Shown here: positions 9,282 through 18,972 of the stretch, piece by piece
Numbering within the stretch: position 1 is the first letter of the stretch
Layout: every line of letters starts with the position of its first letter
Program-made: the position numbers and the translations under genes
Notes under the pieces: generated by a model
Database searches by the model: none
What the model saw: the letters and a program-made list of their open reading frames with translations, nothing else
What the model was told of the DNA's origin: nothing
Assembly (NCBI GenBank): GCA_034179945.1
Contig: JAXFPD010000017.1
Span: 66,238 to 130,237 of the forward strand
Length of the DNA: 64,000 bases
Direction: 5' to 3'
Origin: Corynebacterium sp.
GTDB lineage: Bacteria; Actinomycetota; Actinomycetes; Mycobacteriales; Mycobacteriaceae

Positions 9282-10460
9282 ATGAATCTATTGCGAGCCT
9301 CAAAGAGCCCCACGGGTGTGACAGGGCCAGCCCGGAAACTGCCGGGTAACCTGCGGGCAGTGTCCCCCGGCGACATCGCAGTCATCACTGCTGCAGCCGG
9401 GGGGATCAGCCAATCACTCGCCGAACGGCTCATCGCACGCAACGTCGCCGCGGTCGTCGTCGCCGAGGACATCAGTGCCGCCGCCATCCCCCACTACGGA
9501 CCCCAGCTGCTCATCAACGCCTCCATTCCCGTCATCGTCGGAGTCGGCGGCGAGGTGACCGATGCGATCCGCGACGGCAAGAAACTGCGCCTGGAAGGCG
9601 GCGAGGTATACGTTGGGTCGAACCAGATCGGGAACGGGACACTGCTCGATGAGGAGCTCGCCGACACGGCATTCACCGCCGCCCAGGATAAGCTCACTAC
9701 CCGCCTCAACGCGTACTTTGGCAACGCCATTGAATACTTGAACACGGAATCGCCCCTCTTCATCGACGGCATCGGCATCCCCGACACCGACGTGGATATG
9801 GACAACCGGCACGTCATTGTCATCGCCCCGGCCCCCGACGTCGCCGATCAACTCCGCAGCATCCGCACCTTCCTCCGCGATGTCGACCCAGTCATCATCG
9901 GTGTGGACACTGCCGCTGATACCGCGTTGAAAGCCGGTGTGAAACCCGACCTCATCGTGGGAAATCCGGACAATATCTCCAACGAGGCCCTGCGCAGCGG
10001 CGCCCGCGTTGTCGTCCCCGCCGATCCGGATGGGGTCGCCGCCGGTATCGAACGCATCCAGGACCTCGGAGTCGGGGCGGTGACCTTCCCGGCGCGCTCC
10101 CACGCCGCCACGGAGTTGGCGATCCTCCTCGCCGATTTCCACGCTGCGGCCACCATCGTCGTGGTTGGGGAGATGACCTCCCTCGACGCGATTTTTGCCG
10201 GGCGAGCCGAGGCGGGCCCTTCGGCCATGCTCACGAGTTTGAAGGCGGCCGACCGATTGATCAGTGCGCGCACGGTCGCCGCATTGAGTCGGCCCGGGGA
10301 TGGCTCGGGGTTGGCGTGGCTGTGGGCGTTCGTGGGTCTCGTGGTTCTCCTCGGTGTTGTCGCCGTCATCGCCGGTTTCTCCGGGGAGGGGTCTTTCACG
10401 GACAATCTCGTGCAGACGTGGTCGAATACTGTGGCTCTGGGAAAGGGATGGGTGAGCTAA
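9282..10460 (+). CDS. steA: SteA-like cytokinetic protein (Rv1697 family)
   Basis: The gene sits after recN. Its N-terminus (MNLLRASKSPTGVTGPARK...) aligns from memory with Rv1697, and there is a C-terminal TM helix. The start is uncertain, with alternatives at 9237 and 9273. Confidence 0.65.
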   Translation: MNLLRASKSPTGVTGPARKLPGNLRAVSPGDIAVITAAAGGISQSLAERLIARNVAAVVVAEDISAAAIPHYGPQLLINASIPVIVGVGGEVTDAIRDGKKLRLEGGEVYVGSNQIGNGTLLDEELADTAFTAAQDKLTTRLNAYFGNAIEYLNTESPLFIDGIGIPDTDVDMDNRHVIVIAPAPDVADQLRSIRTFLRDVDPVIIGVDTAADTALKAGVKPDLIVGNPDNISNEALRSGARVVVPADPDGVAAGIERIQDLGVGAVTFPARSHAATELAILLADFHAAATIVVVGEMTSLDAIFAGRAEAGPSAMLTSLKAADRLISARTVAALSRPGDGSGLAWLWAFVGLVVLLGVVAVIAGFSGEGSFTDNLVQTWSNTVALGKGWVS

Positions 10461-11255
10461 ATGGGACGGGTATCTCCTACCGCAACAACACTGGCGGGAC
10501 TGTTCTTCGGGTCAGCCCTCGGCCTGGCCGGTGGCACGTATGTGCTTGCCCCGGCGTCCGGTTCGGGTGGGGTTACTGGGCTCCAATCCCAGGTGGAAAC
10601 CCTGCAGGCGGAGCGCGATGAGCTCGCCGATGAGGTCACTGCGGCCGACCGCATCGTCGGGAACGTCGCCGAGACGGCGCTGTCTGGCACCCTCGGTGAG
10701 GCGAGTGTGGCGGTGTTTGCCGCCCCCACCCTCGACTCGGAGGCCGTGGTGGGGTTGACGGGTCTGCTGGATACGGCGGGGGCGAAAACGGTGACGCGAA
10801 TCGATCTCACCGACTCGTTCCTTACACAGAACCAGGCGGAGACGCTGAAGAACCTCGCTGTGGCAACCCTTCCCGCCGGGGCACAACTGTCGGTGGAGAA
10901 CCGGGAACCGGGGATGCACGTGGGCCAACTCGTCGGTGCCGCCCTCGGTGCACAGGCCTCCCAAACCGACCGCGACACCGTCTTTGCCGCCTTGACCGGT
11001 GGCGGGTTCATTGGTGATGTTCAGGCTCTCCCGGCGGCGACGACCGGGATTGTCCTCGCCGATCCAGGCCTCGACGCGTTCACCCTCGCCCAGTACCGGC
11101 AGTTCGCCGCCGGATTGACGGCGGCGGGGATGCGCACGGTGCTCGCCGCCCCGGGGAAACTGGAGGCCACCGAGGGGGTGACCGCCGTCAGCTACCTCGA
11201 CCGCACGATCGGTCGGGTGCAGGTGGTCGAGGAGGTGGGAGCGGCTCGTGAGTGA
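10461..11255 (+). CDS. steB: copper-transporter MctB / SteB family membrane-anchored protein
   Basis: The product has an N-terminal TM helix and a coiled segment (VETLQAERDELADEV). The gene lies directly after steA (TAAATG junction). Confidence 0.6.
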   Translation: MGRVSPTATTLAGLFFGSALGLAGGTYVLAPASGSGGVTGLQSQVETLQAERDELADEVTAADRIVGNVAETALSGTLGEASVAVFAAPTLDSEAVVGLTGLLDTAGAKTVTRIDLTDSFLTQNQAETLKNLAVATLPAGAQLSVENREPGMHVGQLVGAALGAQASQTDRDTVFAALTGGGFIGDVQALPAATTGIVLADPGLDAFTLAQYRQFAAGLTAAGMRTVLAAPGKLEATEGVTAVSYLDRTIGRVQVVEEVGAARE

Positions 11256-11844
11256 GTTTGAGTTCACCGTAGAATCCTCCGAGTTGCTGCTCACCGCCCC
11301 GATCATTGCGGTGCGCCGCGACCGCGTGCGCATGCCTGGAGGCAGGGTCGCCAACCGGGAAATCGTCGAGCACTTCGGTGCGGTGGCGATCGTCGCCGAA
11401 CGCGGCGACGGGGCGATCGCGCTTGTGCGCCAATACCGCCACTCCATCGGGCAGCGGCTGTGGGAGCTACCGGCCGGACTGCTCGACGTTGCCGCAGAAC
11501 CGGCGTTGGCTGCCGCGCAGCGGGAACTGTACGAGGAGGTCGGTGTCGAGGCGGCACAGTGGGAGCTAGTCACCGATATCGCCACCTCCCCGGGGGTGAT
11601 GGACGAGGGGATCCGCATCTTCCACGCCCGGGAACTCACCGAGGTGGGTCGGCCGGAAGGCCACGATGAGGAGGCCGACATGACGGTCACGTGGGTGCCG
11701 CTGCCGGAAGCCAAACGCATGGTGCAGTGTGGGGAGATCTGTAACGCCACCTCGGTGGCTGGGATCCTGTTGGCCGGGGAGGTCCACCGGGATGTGGACA
11801 CCGCCTTTGTGTTGCGGCCGCACCGGTTGGCGGAGCGGCGATGA
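11248..11844 (+). CDS. NUDIX hydrolase (ADP-ribose pyrophosphatase-like)
   Basis: The Nudix box is [23 protein letters not shown]. The position upstream of xerD is conserved. Confidence 0.8.
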   Translation: MSEFEFTVESSELLLTAPIIAVRRDRVRMPGGRVANREIVEHFGAVAIVAERGDGAIALVRQYRHSIGQRLWELPAGLLDVAAEPALAAAQRELYEEVGVEAAQWELVTDIATSPGVMDEGIRIFHARELTEVGRPEGHDEEADMTVTWVPLPEAKRMVQCGEICNATSVAGILLAGEVHRDVDTAFVLRPHRLAERR

Positions 11845-12755
11845 CCCACGTGCGCCGCGCAGCGGACCTGTGGTTGGCCCATATCAGTGTGGAACGGGGC
11901 CTGTCGGCCAACACCGTCGCCAACTACCGTCGCGACATCGACCGCTATGTCGCCTATGCCGAGACGGTTGGCACGACGGAGCTCACCGCGATCACCGCGG
12001 AGATGATCGCCGACTATATCCAACAGTTGGGAAAAACCGGCCTCGCCCCGGCCTCGGTGCGCCGCAACCTCGCTGCGGTGCGCGGATTGCATGCGTTTGC
12101 CACCCGGGAGGGCCTCACCCTCGACGATCCCGCCCGTGAGGTCGCTGCCCCGAAGGGTGCGCGCACCCTCCCCGATGTGCTCAGTGTCGAGGAGGTTACC
12201 CGACTGCTCGAGGCCCCACCGGCCGATACCGCCGTCGGGCTGCGCGACCGCGCCCTCTTTGAACTGCTCTACGGCACCGGCGCGCGCATCTCCGAGGTTG
12301 TTGGGCTCACCGTCGATGCGGTGAGCGGGCTCCTCGACACCCACGGTGAGACCGTCCCCACCCTGAAACTGCGGGGGAAAGGGGATAAGGAGCGCATTGT
12401 GCCTGTCGGCACGCCCGCCCGCACGGCACTCGCCGCCTACCTCGTGCGGGGCCGGCCACAACTGAGCCGTGGCCGCACCCCGGCCCTCTTCCTCAACGAG
12501 CGGGGCACACCCCTGTCCCGGCAGACGGCGTGGGAGCGGATTCGCCGGGCCGCCGACCGGGCCGGGCTGACGGTGAGAATCTCCCCGCACACCCTGCGGC
12601 ACTCCTTTGCCACCCATCTGTTGCGCGGCGGGGCGGATATTCGGGTGGTTCAGGAGCTGCTCGGGCACGCCTCGGTGACAACGACGCAGGTCTACACTCA
12701 CGTCAGTGCGGACGCGCTGACGGAAATGCTGCGCACATCGCACCCCCGCCAGTAG
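11841..12755 (+). CDS. xerD: site-specific tyrosine recombinase XerD
   Basis: An N-terminal SAM-like domain is present. The catalytic residues are RISE..., [12 protein letters not shown] and the tyrosine in VYTHV. The start overlaps the NUDIX gene stop as ATGA. Confidence 0.85.
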   Translation: MTHVRRAADLWLAHISVERGLSANTVANYRRDIDRYVAYAETVGTTELTAITAEMIADYIQQLGKTGLAPASVRRNLAAVRGLHAFATREGLTLDDPAREVAAPKGARTLPDVLSVEEVTRLLEAPPADTAVGLRDRALFELLYGTGARISEVVGLTVDAVSGLLDTHGETVPTLKLRGKGDKERIVPVGTPARTALAAYLVRGRPQLSRGRTPALFLNERGTPLSRQTAWERIRRAADRAGLTVRISPHTLRHSFATHLLRGGADIRVVQELLGHASVTTTQVYTHVSADALTEMLRTSHPRQ

Positions 12756-12808
12756 GTGTACAATCACTACAACACTGTTGTCCGAAATGTGTGGGATGTG
12801 GAGGTACG

Positions 12809-13702
12809 ATGACCCAGCGCGAGGAACACCCGGACATGGGTCTATTCCCCCCAGAACCCGAAGTTGGGCTGACCGGACGGCCCCTCCGGGAGTTCCCCAC
12901 CCCCCAACCGCCCGCTTCGCACGGTCCCGCCACCATCATCGCCATGTGTAACCAGAAGGGTGGGGTGGGCAAAACCACCTCGACGATCAACCTCGGCGCG
13001 TGCATCGCTGAAACCGGGCGGCACGTCCTCCTCGTCGACCTCGACCCGCAGGGGGCACTGTCTGCGGGGTTGGGGGTCTCCTCCGACGATCTCGATGTCA
13101 CCGTCTACAACCTGCTCCTTGACCCGCATGTGGCAGTGCAAGATGTGATCCTGCCCACCCCGATGGCGGGGATGGAGCTGATTCCGGCGAACATTGACCT
13201 CTCTGCGGCGGAGATTCAACTGGTCAACGAGGTGGGCCGGGAGCAAACCCTTGCCCGGGCGCTGCGCCCGGTGATGAACGAGTATGACTACATCCTCCTC
13301 GACTGTCAGCCCTCCCTCGGACTTCTCACTGTCAACGCGTTGACCTGCTCGCACGGGATCATCATCCCGATGGAGTGCGAATACTTCTCTTTGCGGGGGT
13401 TGGCCCTGCTCACGGACACGGTGGAGAAGGTGCAGGATCGGCTCAACGTCAACCTGTCGCTCACCGGGATCCTCGTCACCATGTTTGATCGGCGCACCAC
13501 CCATTCGCGGGAGGTCATGCAGCGCGTTGTCGATGTCTTCGGCGACACCGTCTTTGACACGGTCATCACCCGCACGGTGCGCTTCCCGGAGACATCGGTG
13601 GCTGGGGAGCCGATCATCTCGTGGGCACCCACCTCACCGGGGGCGCAGCAGTATCGCACCCTCGCCCGGGAGGTTATCGCCCGCATTGAGGGTGAGCAGT
13701 AG
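12809..13702 (+). CDS. ParA/Soj family ATPase
   Basis: This uses an internal ATG, because the longer ORF 12530.. overlaps xerD. The deviant Walker A is NQKGGVGKTT. Confidence 0.85.
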   Translation: MTQREEHPDMGLFPPEPEVGLTGRPLREFPTPQPPASHGPATIIAMCNQKGGVGKTTSTINLGACIAETGRHVLLVDLDPQGALSAGLGVSSDDLDVTVYNLLLDPHVAVQDVILPTPMAGMELIPANIDLSAAEIQLVNEVGREQTLARALRPVMNEYDYILLDCQPSLGLLTVNALTCSHGIIIPMECEYFSLRGLALLTDTVEKVQDRLNVNLSLTGILVTMFDRRTTHSREVMQRVVDVFGDTVFDTVITRTVRFPETSVAGEPIISWAPTSPGAQQYRTLAREVIARIEGEQ

Positions 13703-14505
13703 TGGCGGTTGCTGTCCAACCGGAACTCACCGGGTTTCAGGTGGCACTGCACAACTTTTCCGGCCCCTTTGACCTGCTCCTCCACCTCATCGGTACCCGT
13801 CAGGTGGAGATCACCGAGGTCGCTCTCGCCGAGATCACCGAGGAATTCATCGCCTACACCCGTGCCCTCGCCGATATCTCCCTCGACGAGGTCACCTCGT
13901 TCCTCGTCGTCGCCTCCACCCTCGTCGAGCTCAAGGCGGCACGGCTCGTACCGCAGCACGAGCCGGAGACGGAGGAGGAGCTCGCCGCCTACCGCGAGCG
14001 CGAACTGCTCCTCGTCCACCTCCTCCAATATCAGGCGTTTCGGCGGGTGGCCGACCAGTTTCGGGAGTGGGAAGCCGCAGCCCGGCACACCTATCCGCGC
14101 GAGGTGAGCCTCGAGCAACCCTTCGCCCACCAGCTCGCCCCCGTCGAACTCGGGGTCGATACCGACGAGTTCGCCCTCCTCGCCGCAGCTGTGTTCCGCC
14201 CACACCCCACCCCGCAGGTCGATGTCGGCCACATTCACCAGGTGCACGTTTCTGTGCCCCATGAGGCGGGCGAGTTGTTGGGCCAACTGGAGCGGGCCGG
14301 AGTTGGACAGTGGTTGACGTTTACCCAGTTGACAGCGGATTGTTCGAGTTCCATGCAGGTGGTGGGGCGCTTCCTGGGCTTGTTGGAATTGGTGAAGGCG
14401 CAGGCGGCCACCGCCACCCAGCCTGAGCCCCTGTCCACGATCTCGGTCACCTGGACCGGCACCCATGTGGATCCGCGCGTCGTCGCCTCGGACAGTTGGG
14501 AGTGA
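13702..14505 (+). CDS. scpA: segregation and condensation protein A
   Basis: The N-terminus is ScpA-like (FxVxLxNFSGPFDLLLHLI). The gene lies between parA and scpB. Confidence 0.85.
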   Translation: MAVAVQPELTGFQVALHNFSGPFDLLLHLIGTRQVEITEVALAEITEEFIAYTRALADISLDEVTSFLVVASTLVELKAARLVPQHEPETEEELAAYRERELLLVHLLQYQAFRRVADQFREWEAAARHTYPREVSLEQPFAHQLAPVELGVDTDEFALLAAAVFRPHPTPQVDVGHIHQVHVSVPHEAGELLGQLERAGVGQWLTFTQLTADCSSSMQVVGRFLGLLELVKAQAATATQPEPLSTISVTWTGTHVDPRVVASDSWE

Positions 14506-14507
14506 GC

Positions 14508-15044
14508 ATGCAGCGATCGACCCTCCACTCCCAGTTGGAATCCCTCCTCGTCGTCGCCGATGAGCCACTCACCGAGGCTGCCGTCGCCGAGCTGCTCGAT
14601 GTGCCCGCCACCGCAGTGGGAGACGCCTTCGCCCAGTTGGCCGCCCACTACCGGGAGATCGGGTCGGGGTTTAACATCCGCCACGTGGACGGGGGTTGGC
14701 GGCTCTACACGGCCCCGGACAATGCGGAGATTGTTGAAAAGCTCGTGCTTGCCGGCTCGCACACAAAGCTGACGCGGGCGGCATTGGAGACACTCGCCGT
14801 CGTGGCCTACAAGCAGCCGGTGACCCGGGCGCAGGTGTCGGCGATTCGCGGTGTCAACGTCGATGGGGTGATGCGCACCCTCACCCTGCGCGGGCTCATC
14901 CGGGAGGCGGGGGAGGATGCGAGCGCGAGGCTGTATGAAACCACAGAGCTGTTCCTTGAACTCCTCGGGTTGGATTCGCTGCACCAATTGCCCAATCTGG
15001 CACCGTATTTGCCCGATGTGGACAGGATTGATGATGTCGTTTAA
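14508..15044 (+). CDS. scpB: segregation and condensation protein B
   Basis: The winged-helix ScpB pattern is present (LESLLVVADEPL... TRAALETLAVVAYKQPVTRAQV). The start is ATG 14508, just after the scpA stop. Confidence 0.85.
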   Translation: MQRSTLHSQLESLLVVADEPLTEAAVAELLDVPATAVGDAFAQLAAHYREIGSGFNIRHVDGGWRLYTAPDNAEIVEKLVLAGSHTKLTRAALETLAVVAYKQPVTRAQVSAIRGVNVDGVMRTLTLRGLIREAGEDASARLYETTELFLELLGLDSLHQLPNLAPYLPDVDRIDDVV

Positions 15045-15055
15045 GCTTGGGTTCC

Positions 15056-15916
15056 ATGAGTTCCACCGCTCGCCGGGAAGGCAGACCGGCACAGAAAGAT
15101 GTCTACATATCCAAAGCTAAACCCGCTCGACGCCAGCACGTCTCCGAGCCGGAGAAAGCCCGTAGCCACAGAGGTGAGGAGGGGGAGGGGATCCGCCTGC
15201 AAAAGGTACTCGCCCAAGCCGGTGTGGCCAGCCGCCGGATGAGTGAACAGCTCATTGACGAGGGCCGTGTTGAGGTCAACGGGTCGATCGTCACCCGCCA
15301 GGGGATGCGGGTGAACCCCGAGGTCGATGTCATCCGCGTCGATGGGGTGCGCGTCAACACGCAGACGGACAACGTCTACATCATGCTCAACAAGCCATAC
15401 GGGGTGCAGTCGACAATGCACGACGACATGGGTCGGCCCTGCGTCGGCGACATCGTCGGCGAAATGGTCGATGCCGGCACTCACCTCTTCCACGTTGGGC
15501 GTCTCGACGCGGAAACCGAGGGGCTGCTGCTCATCACCAACGACGGGGAACTGGCCAACCGGCTCATGCACCCGCGCTACGGGGTGAGCAAAACCTACCT
15601 CGCCACCGTCCTCGGGGAAGCGGACAAGCAGTTGGTGAAGCAGCTTGAGGCCGGGTTGGAGATGGACGATGGTCCGGCGAAGGCGGACTATGCGCAGATC
15701 GTTGACGTGTACAACGGCAAGTCGCTCGTGCGTGTGGAGCTCCACGAGGGCCGCAAGCACATTGTGCGCCGGATGCTCAAGCAGCTCGGGTTCCCGGTAC
15801 AGGCACTCGTGCGCACCCGGATTCACACCCTCCAGCTCGGGGAGCTCCCGTCGGGTGGATTCCGGTTCCTCAACAACGCGGAACTGCGCTCCCTGTATAA
15901 AGCTGTCGGATTGTAA
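15056..15916 (+). CDS. rluB: 23S rRNA pseudouridine synthase, RluB/RsuA family
   Basis: The product has an S4 domain (IRLQKVLAQAGVASRR) and a catalytic GRLD motif (HVGRLDAETEGLLLITNDGE). Confidence 0.85.
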   Translation: MSSTARREGRPAQKDVYISKAKPARRQHVSEPEKARSHRGEEGEGIRLQKVLAQAGVASRRMSEQLIDEGRVEVNGSIVTRQGMRVNPEVDVIRVDGVRVNTQTDNVYIMLNKPYGVQSTMHDDMGRPCVGDIVGEMVDAGTHLFHVGRLDAETEGLLLITNDGELANRLMHPRYGVSKTYLATVLGEADKQLVKQLEAGLEMDDGPAKADYAQIVDVYNGKSLVRVELHEGRKHIVRRMLKQLGFPVQALVRTRIHTLQLGELPSGGFRFLNNAELRSLYKAVGL

Positions 15917-15930
15917 CGGAGGTAGGAGAG

Positions 15931-16590
15931 ATGTTCGTTGCCATTGATGGCCCATCCGGGACCGGGAAGTCCACGGTATCTCGGCGCGTCGCCGAGGAGT
16001 TGGGGGCCAAATACCTCGACACGGGGGCCATGTATCGCATTGCCACCCTGTGGGCACTGCGCCACGGTGTCGATCCCACCGACACAGAGCAGGTCGTAGC
16101 CGTCACCGCTCAGCTGCCGCTGACCATCAGCGATGATCCGGCCGACATGGCCGTGTGGCTCGACGGGGCGGACGTGTCGGAGGAGATTCGCGGCGCCGAT
16201 GTGACCCGTGCCGTCTCCGCCGTCGCCGCCATTCCGGAGGTGCGGGCGAGCCTTGTTGCTCTGCAGCGCCAGCTCGCCGCCGACGCCGGGGACATTGTCA
16301 TGGAGGGCCGCGACATTGGCACTGTGGTGCTGCCGGATGCGGACACCAAGATCTTCCTCACCGCCCGCCCCGAGGTGCGTGCGCAGCGCCGCTACGATCA
16401 GGACCGTGCGGCCGGTCGGGAGAGCGATCTCGCCGAGGTCCTTGCGGATGTCAACCGGCGCGACCGGTTGGATACCACCCGCGCCGTCTCACCGCTGCGC
16501 CCGGCCGAGGATGCGATCCTCGTGGACACCTCCGATATCACAATCGACGAGGTCATCGCCACCATCGTCGATCTCGCGCGGAGGCCATAG
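15931..16590 (+). CDS. cmk: (d)CMP kinase
   Basis: The P-loop is [11 protein letters not shown], and the product is cytidylate-kinase-like throughout. Confidence 0.9.
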   Translation: MFVAIDGPSGTGKSTVSRRVAEELGAKYLDTGAMYRIATLWALRHGVDPTDTEQVVAVTAQLPLTISDDPADMAVWLDGADVSEEIRGADVTRAVSAVAAIPEVRASLVALQRQLAADAGDIVMEGRDIGTVVLPDADTKIFLTARPEVRAQRRYDQDRAAGRESDLAEVLADVNRRDRLDTTRAVSPLRPAEDAILVDTSDITIDEVIATIVDLARRP

Positions 16591-16591
16591 G

Positions 16592-17929
16592 ATGACCCAT
16601 CCGGAAGAACAACTGTGCACGCTCACCATCGTGGGCCGCCCCAATGTGGGCAAATCATCCCTGGTCAACCGAATCCTCGCGCGGCGGGAAGCCGTCGTCG
16701 AGGATACCCCCGGCGTGACCCGCGACCGGATTCGCTATCTGGCCGAGTGGACCGGGCACCGGTTCTGGGTGCAGGACACCGGTGGCTGGGACCCGGACGC
16801 GAAGGGGATGGCCGCGACCATTGCCCGGCAGGCGGAGACGGCGATGGCCACCTCCGATGTCATCATCATGGTGGTGGACAGCCGGGTCGGGATCACCGCC
16901 TCCGATGAGGCCCTCGCGCGCTCCCTGTACAAGGCCACTTGCCCGGTCATTCTCGTGGCCAACAAGGTGGATTCGGAGACTCAACTGGCCGATGTGTCCG
17001 AACTATGGGCACTCGGGCTCGGGGAACCCCATCCGGTGTCCGCCCTGCACGGGCGGGGTGCGGCCGACGTGCTCGACGAGGTCATTGAGCTCTTCCCGGA
17101 CGAGCCCGCACACCCCTCCATTGTCGAGGGGCCGCGGCGGGTGGCGCTCGTGGGCAAGCCCAATGTGGGCAAGAGTTCCCTGCTCAACAAGCTCGCCGAT
17201 GAGGAGCGTTCCGTTGTTGATAACGTGGCAGGCACGACGGTGGACCCGGTGGATTCGCTCGTCCAACTCGATGAGCAGCTGTGGAAGTTCATTGACACAG
17301 CCGGGTTGCGGCGGAAGGTGGATAAGGCCTCCGGCCACGAGTACTACGCCTCACTGCGGACGAAGACCGCGATCGACGTGGCAGAGGTTGTTGTGTTCAT
17401 GATCGATGCCTCGCAGCCACTGTCTGAACAGGATCAGAAACTCCTCGGCCTCATTATTGAGTCCGGTAAGGCCCTTGTCATCGCCTACAACAAGTGGGAC
17501 CTTGTGGATGAGGATCGCCGCTATGAACTCGAGCGGGAGATTGACCTGCAGCTCGCGCACATTCCGTGGGCGAAGCGGGTGAACATTTCCGCAAAGACCG
17601 GGCGGGCCCTGCAGAAACTGGAACCGGCAATGCTTGAAGCCCTTCAATCGTGGGATAGCCGCGTCTCGACAGGCCAACTCAACCAGTGGATGCGGGAGGC
17701 GGTGGCGGCGAATCCGCCGCCGATGCGCAACGGGCGTCTGCCGAAGATTCTGTTCACCACACAGGCCTCCGCACAGCCGCCGACTGTTGTGCTGTTTACC
17801 ACCGGGTTCCTCGATGCCGGATACCGGCGCTACCTGGAGCGGAAGTTCCGGGAGCGGTTTGGTTTCGTCGGCTCCCCGGTGCGCATTGCCGTGCGGGTGC
17901 GCGACCGGCAGGAGAAGGACGCCTCGTGA
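16592..17929 (+). CDS. der: ribosome biogenesis GTPase Der (EngA)
   Basis: Two G-domains are present (GRPNVGKSS and GKPNVGKSS), followed by a KH-like C-terminus. I used the internal ATG because the longer ORF overlaps cmk. Confidence 0.95.
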   Translation: MTHPEEQLCTLTIVGRPNVGKSSLVNRILARREAVVEDTPGVTRDRIRYLAEWTGHRFWVQDTGGWDPDAKGMAATIARQAETAMATSDVIIMVVDSRVGITASDEALARSLYKATCPVILVANKVDSETQLADVSELWALGLGEPHPVSALHGRGAADVLDEVIELFPDEPAHPSIVEGPRRVALVGKPNVGKSSLLNKLADEERSVVDNVAGTTVDPVDSLVQLDEQLWKFIDTAGLRRKVDKASGHEYYASLRTKTAIDVAEVVVFMIDASQPLSEQDQKLLGLIIESGKALVIAYNKWDLVDEDRRYELEREIDLQLAHIPWAKRVNISAKTGRALQKLEPAMLEALQSWDSRVSTGQLNQWMREAVAANPPPMRNGRLPKILFTTQASAQPPTVVLFTTGFLDAGYRRYLERKFRERFGFVGSPVRIAVRVRDRQEKDAS

Positions 17930-18933
17930 TAGGGCGCCGGCTCGCCTGCATGATCACCACCCTCGCGGTGGTGGCGTCAGGTGGCACTATCCCCGTGGCG
18001 GCGGCCTCCCCGGTGGTGAAGATTGGGCCGGATGGGGAGATTCACCCGCAGGTGCGCACGGCGATGGCGTTTACGTATTCGCCGACGGGGTGGCATACCG
18101 GGTCGGCGAATGAGCACGATCCGATGGCGGCGGTGTCCCTGGTGAAGCTGTACATCGCCGATTATGTTCTGGAGAAGGGCACTGCGAAGGACAAGCAGAT
18201 GGCGGTGGAGATGCTGCAAACCTCCAATGACATGTACGCCGACTATCTCCATGCGCTCTACCCGGAGGCGATTCGCACGACGCTGGCGAAGTATCACCTC
18301 GAGGACTCGATTGATACGGGCTACTGGGGGACGATGATGACCTCCGCCTATGACATTGTCAGTTACCTTGAACAGGCGAAAAAGAAGAACTCGCCGGTGA
18401 TTGCGGCAATGAAGGGGGTGAAACCGGTTGCCGCAGACGGCTACAAGCAGAACTATGGGACCTCGCGCCTGCCGCAGGTGACCGGGTCGAAGTTCGGGTG
18501 GGCGAATCTGCGCAACTTCTACAATGCGTCCGCCTCCATTGGGGAGGACTTTTCCGTTGTTGCATTCACGATCGGGTCGGCGGCCGATAACACCGAGGAT
18601 GTGCTCGATGCGTTCGTGGACGGCCAAACCTTCTCCGATTCGCAGAGTGTGGCGAGCTCGACCGTTGTGGAGAAGATGGAATCGTCGGTGACGGTGCGCC
18701 GCCGCTCCATCATTGACCGGTTGCGTGAGCGCCTCCTGCCGGATATGTGGCGGGCGGGTACTGCGGACAGCTCCCCAGTGCAGCGCACCCCGTCCGTTGT
18801 TGTGCCGGTGACGGTCACCCCGACGCAGCCGACCACCTCGACACGGCCGACAACGGGGACAACCACCCCGACGACAAGCTCGACCCCAACCACACTGCGC
18901 TGGCCGGAACCGAGCGGGGTTTTTCACCGCTGA
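17926..18933 (+). CDS. secreted DD-peptidase / class-A beta-lactamase-like protein with a Thr/Pro-rich C-terminal tail
   Basis: GTG 17926 overlaps the der stop as GTGA. A signal-like N-terminus is present ([15 protein letters not shown]...AAA), as is an SxxK motif (VSLVKLY). The other two motifs are degenerate, reading TSND and SKFGW. The tail reads [30 protein letters not shown]. Confidence 0.55.
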   Translation: MIGRRLACMITTLAVVASGGTIPVAAASPVVKIGPDGEIHPQVRTAMAFTYSPTGWHTGSANEHDPMAAVSLVKLYIADYVLEKGTAKDKQMAVEMLQTSNDMYADYLHALYPEAIRTTLAKYHLEDSIDTGYWGTMMTSAYDIVSYLEQAKKKNSPVIAAMKGVKPVAADGYKQNYGTSRLPQVTGSKFGWANLRNFYNASASIGEDFSVVAFTIGSAADNTEDVLDAFVDGQTFSDSQSVASSTVVEKMESSVTVRRRSIIDRLRERLLPDMWRAGTADSSPVQRTPSVVVPVTVTPTQPTTSTRPTTGTTTPTTSSTPTTLRWPEPSGVFHR

Positions 18934-18972
18934 TCCGAACATCACTGCATTGAAACCGGTAGGGTTAGGGAT

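Noticed and set aside
11841-12755. The tyrosine recombinase might be the integrase of a mobile element.
   Set aside because: It sits in the conserved NUDIX-xerD-parA-scpAB housekeeping context and has the XerD-type N-terminal domain. I see no flanking att-like repeats, adjacent tRNA or cargo genes.
10512-12767. A 751-aa ORF on the minus strand spans steB, NUDIX and xerD. Similar long antisense ORFs are 42729..45074 (opposite helY), 7702..9210 (recN), 35539..36825 (dop), 37554..38867 (pafA), 26508..27920 (pepC), 29329..30783 (fhs), 61800..63095 (secA2), 13306..14568 (parA/scpA) and 3375..4808.
   Set aside because: Each lies opposite a gene with clear family motifs. Their translations are Arg/Gly/Pro/His-rich low-complexity sequence with no motifs, as expected for stop-poor antisense frames in high-GC DNA. 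One of them even runs through the tRNA-Thr.
12530-12808. 5' extensions of parA (12530..), der (16208..), the DD-peptidase-like gene (17686..), tpx (..53749), hisE (..26713) and pepC-2 (..29648) as listed in the ORF track.
   Set aside because: The extensions overlap the preceding recognisable gene and add non-homologous, Arg/Pro-rich sequence. Internal starts give canonical N-termini.
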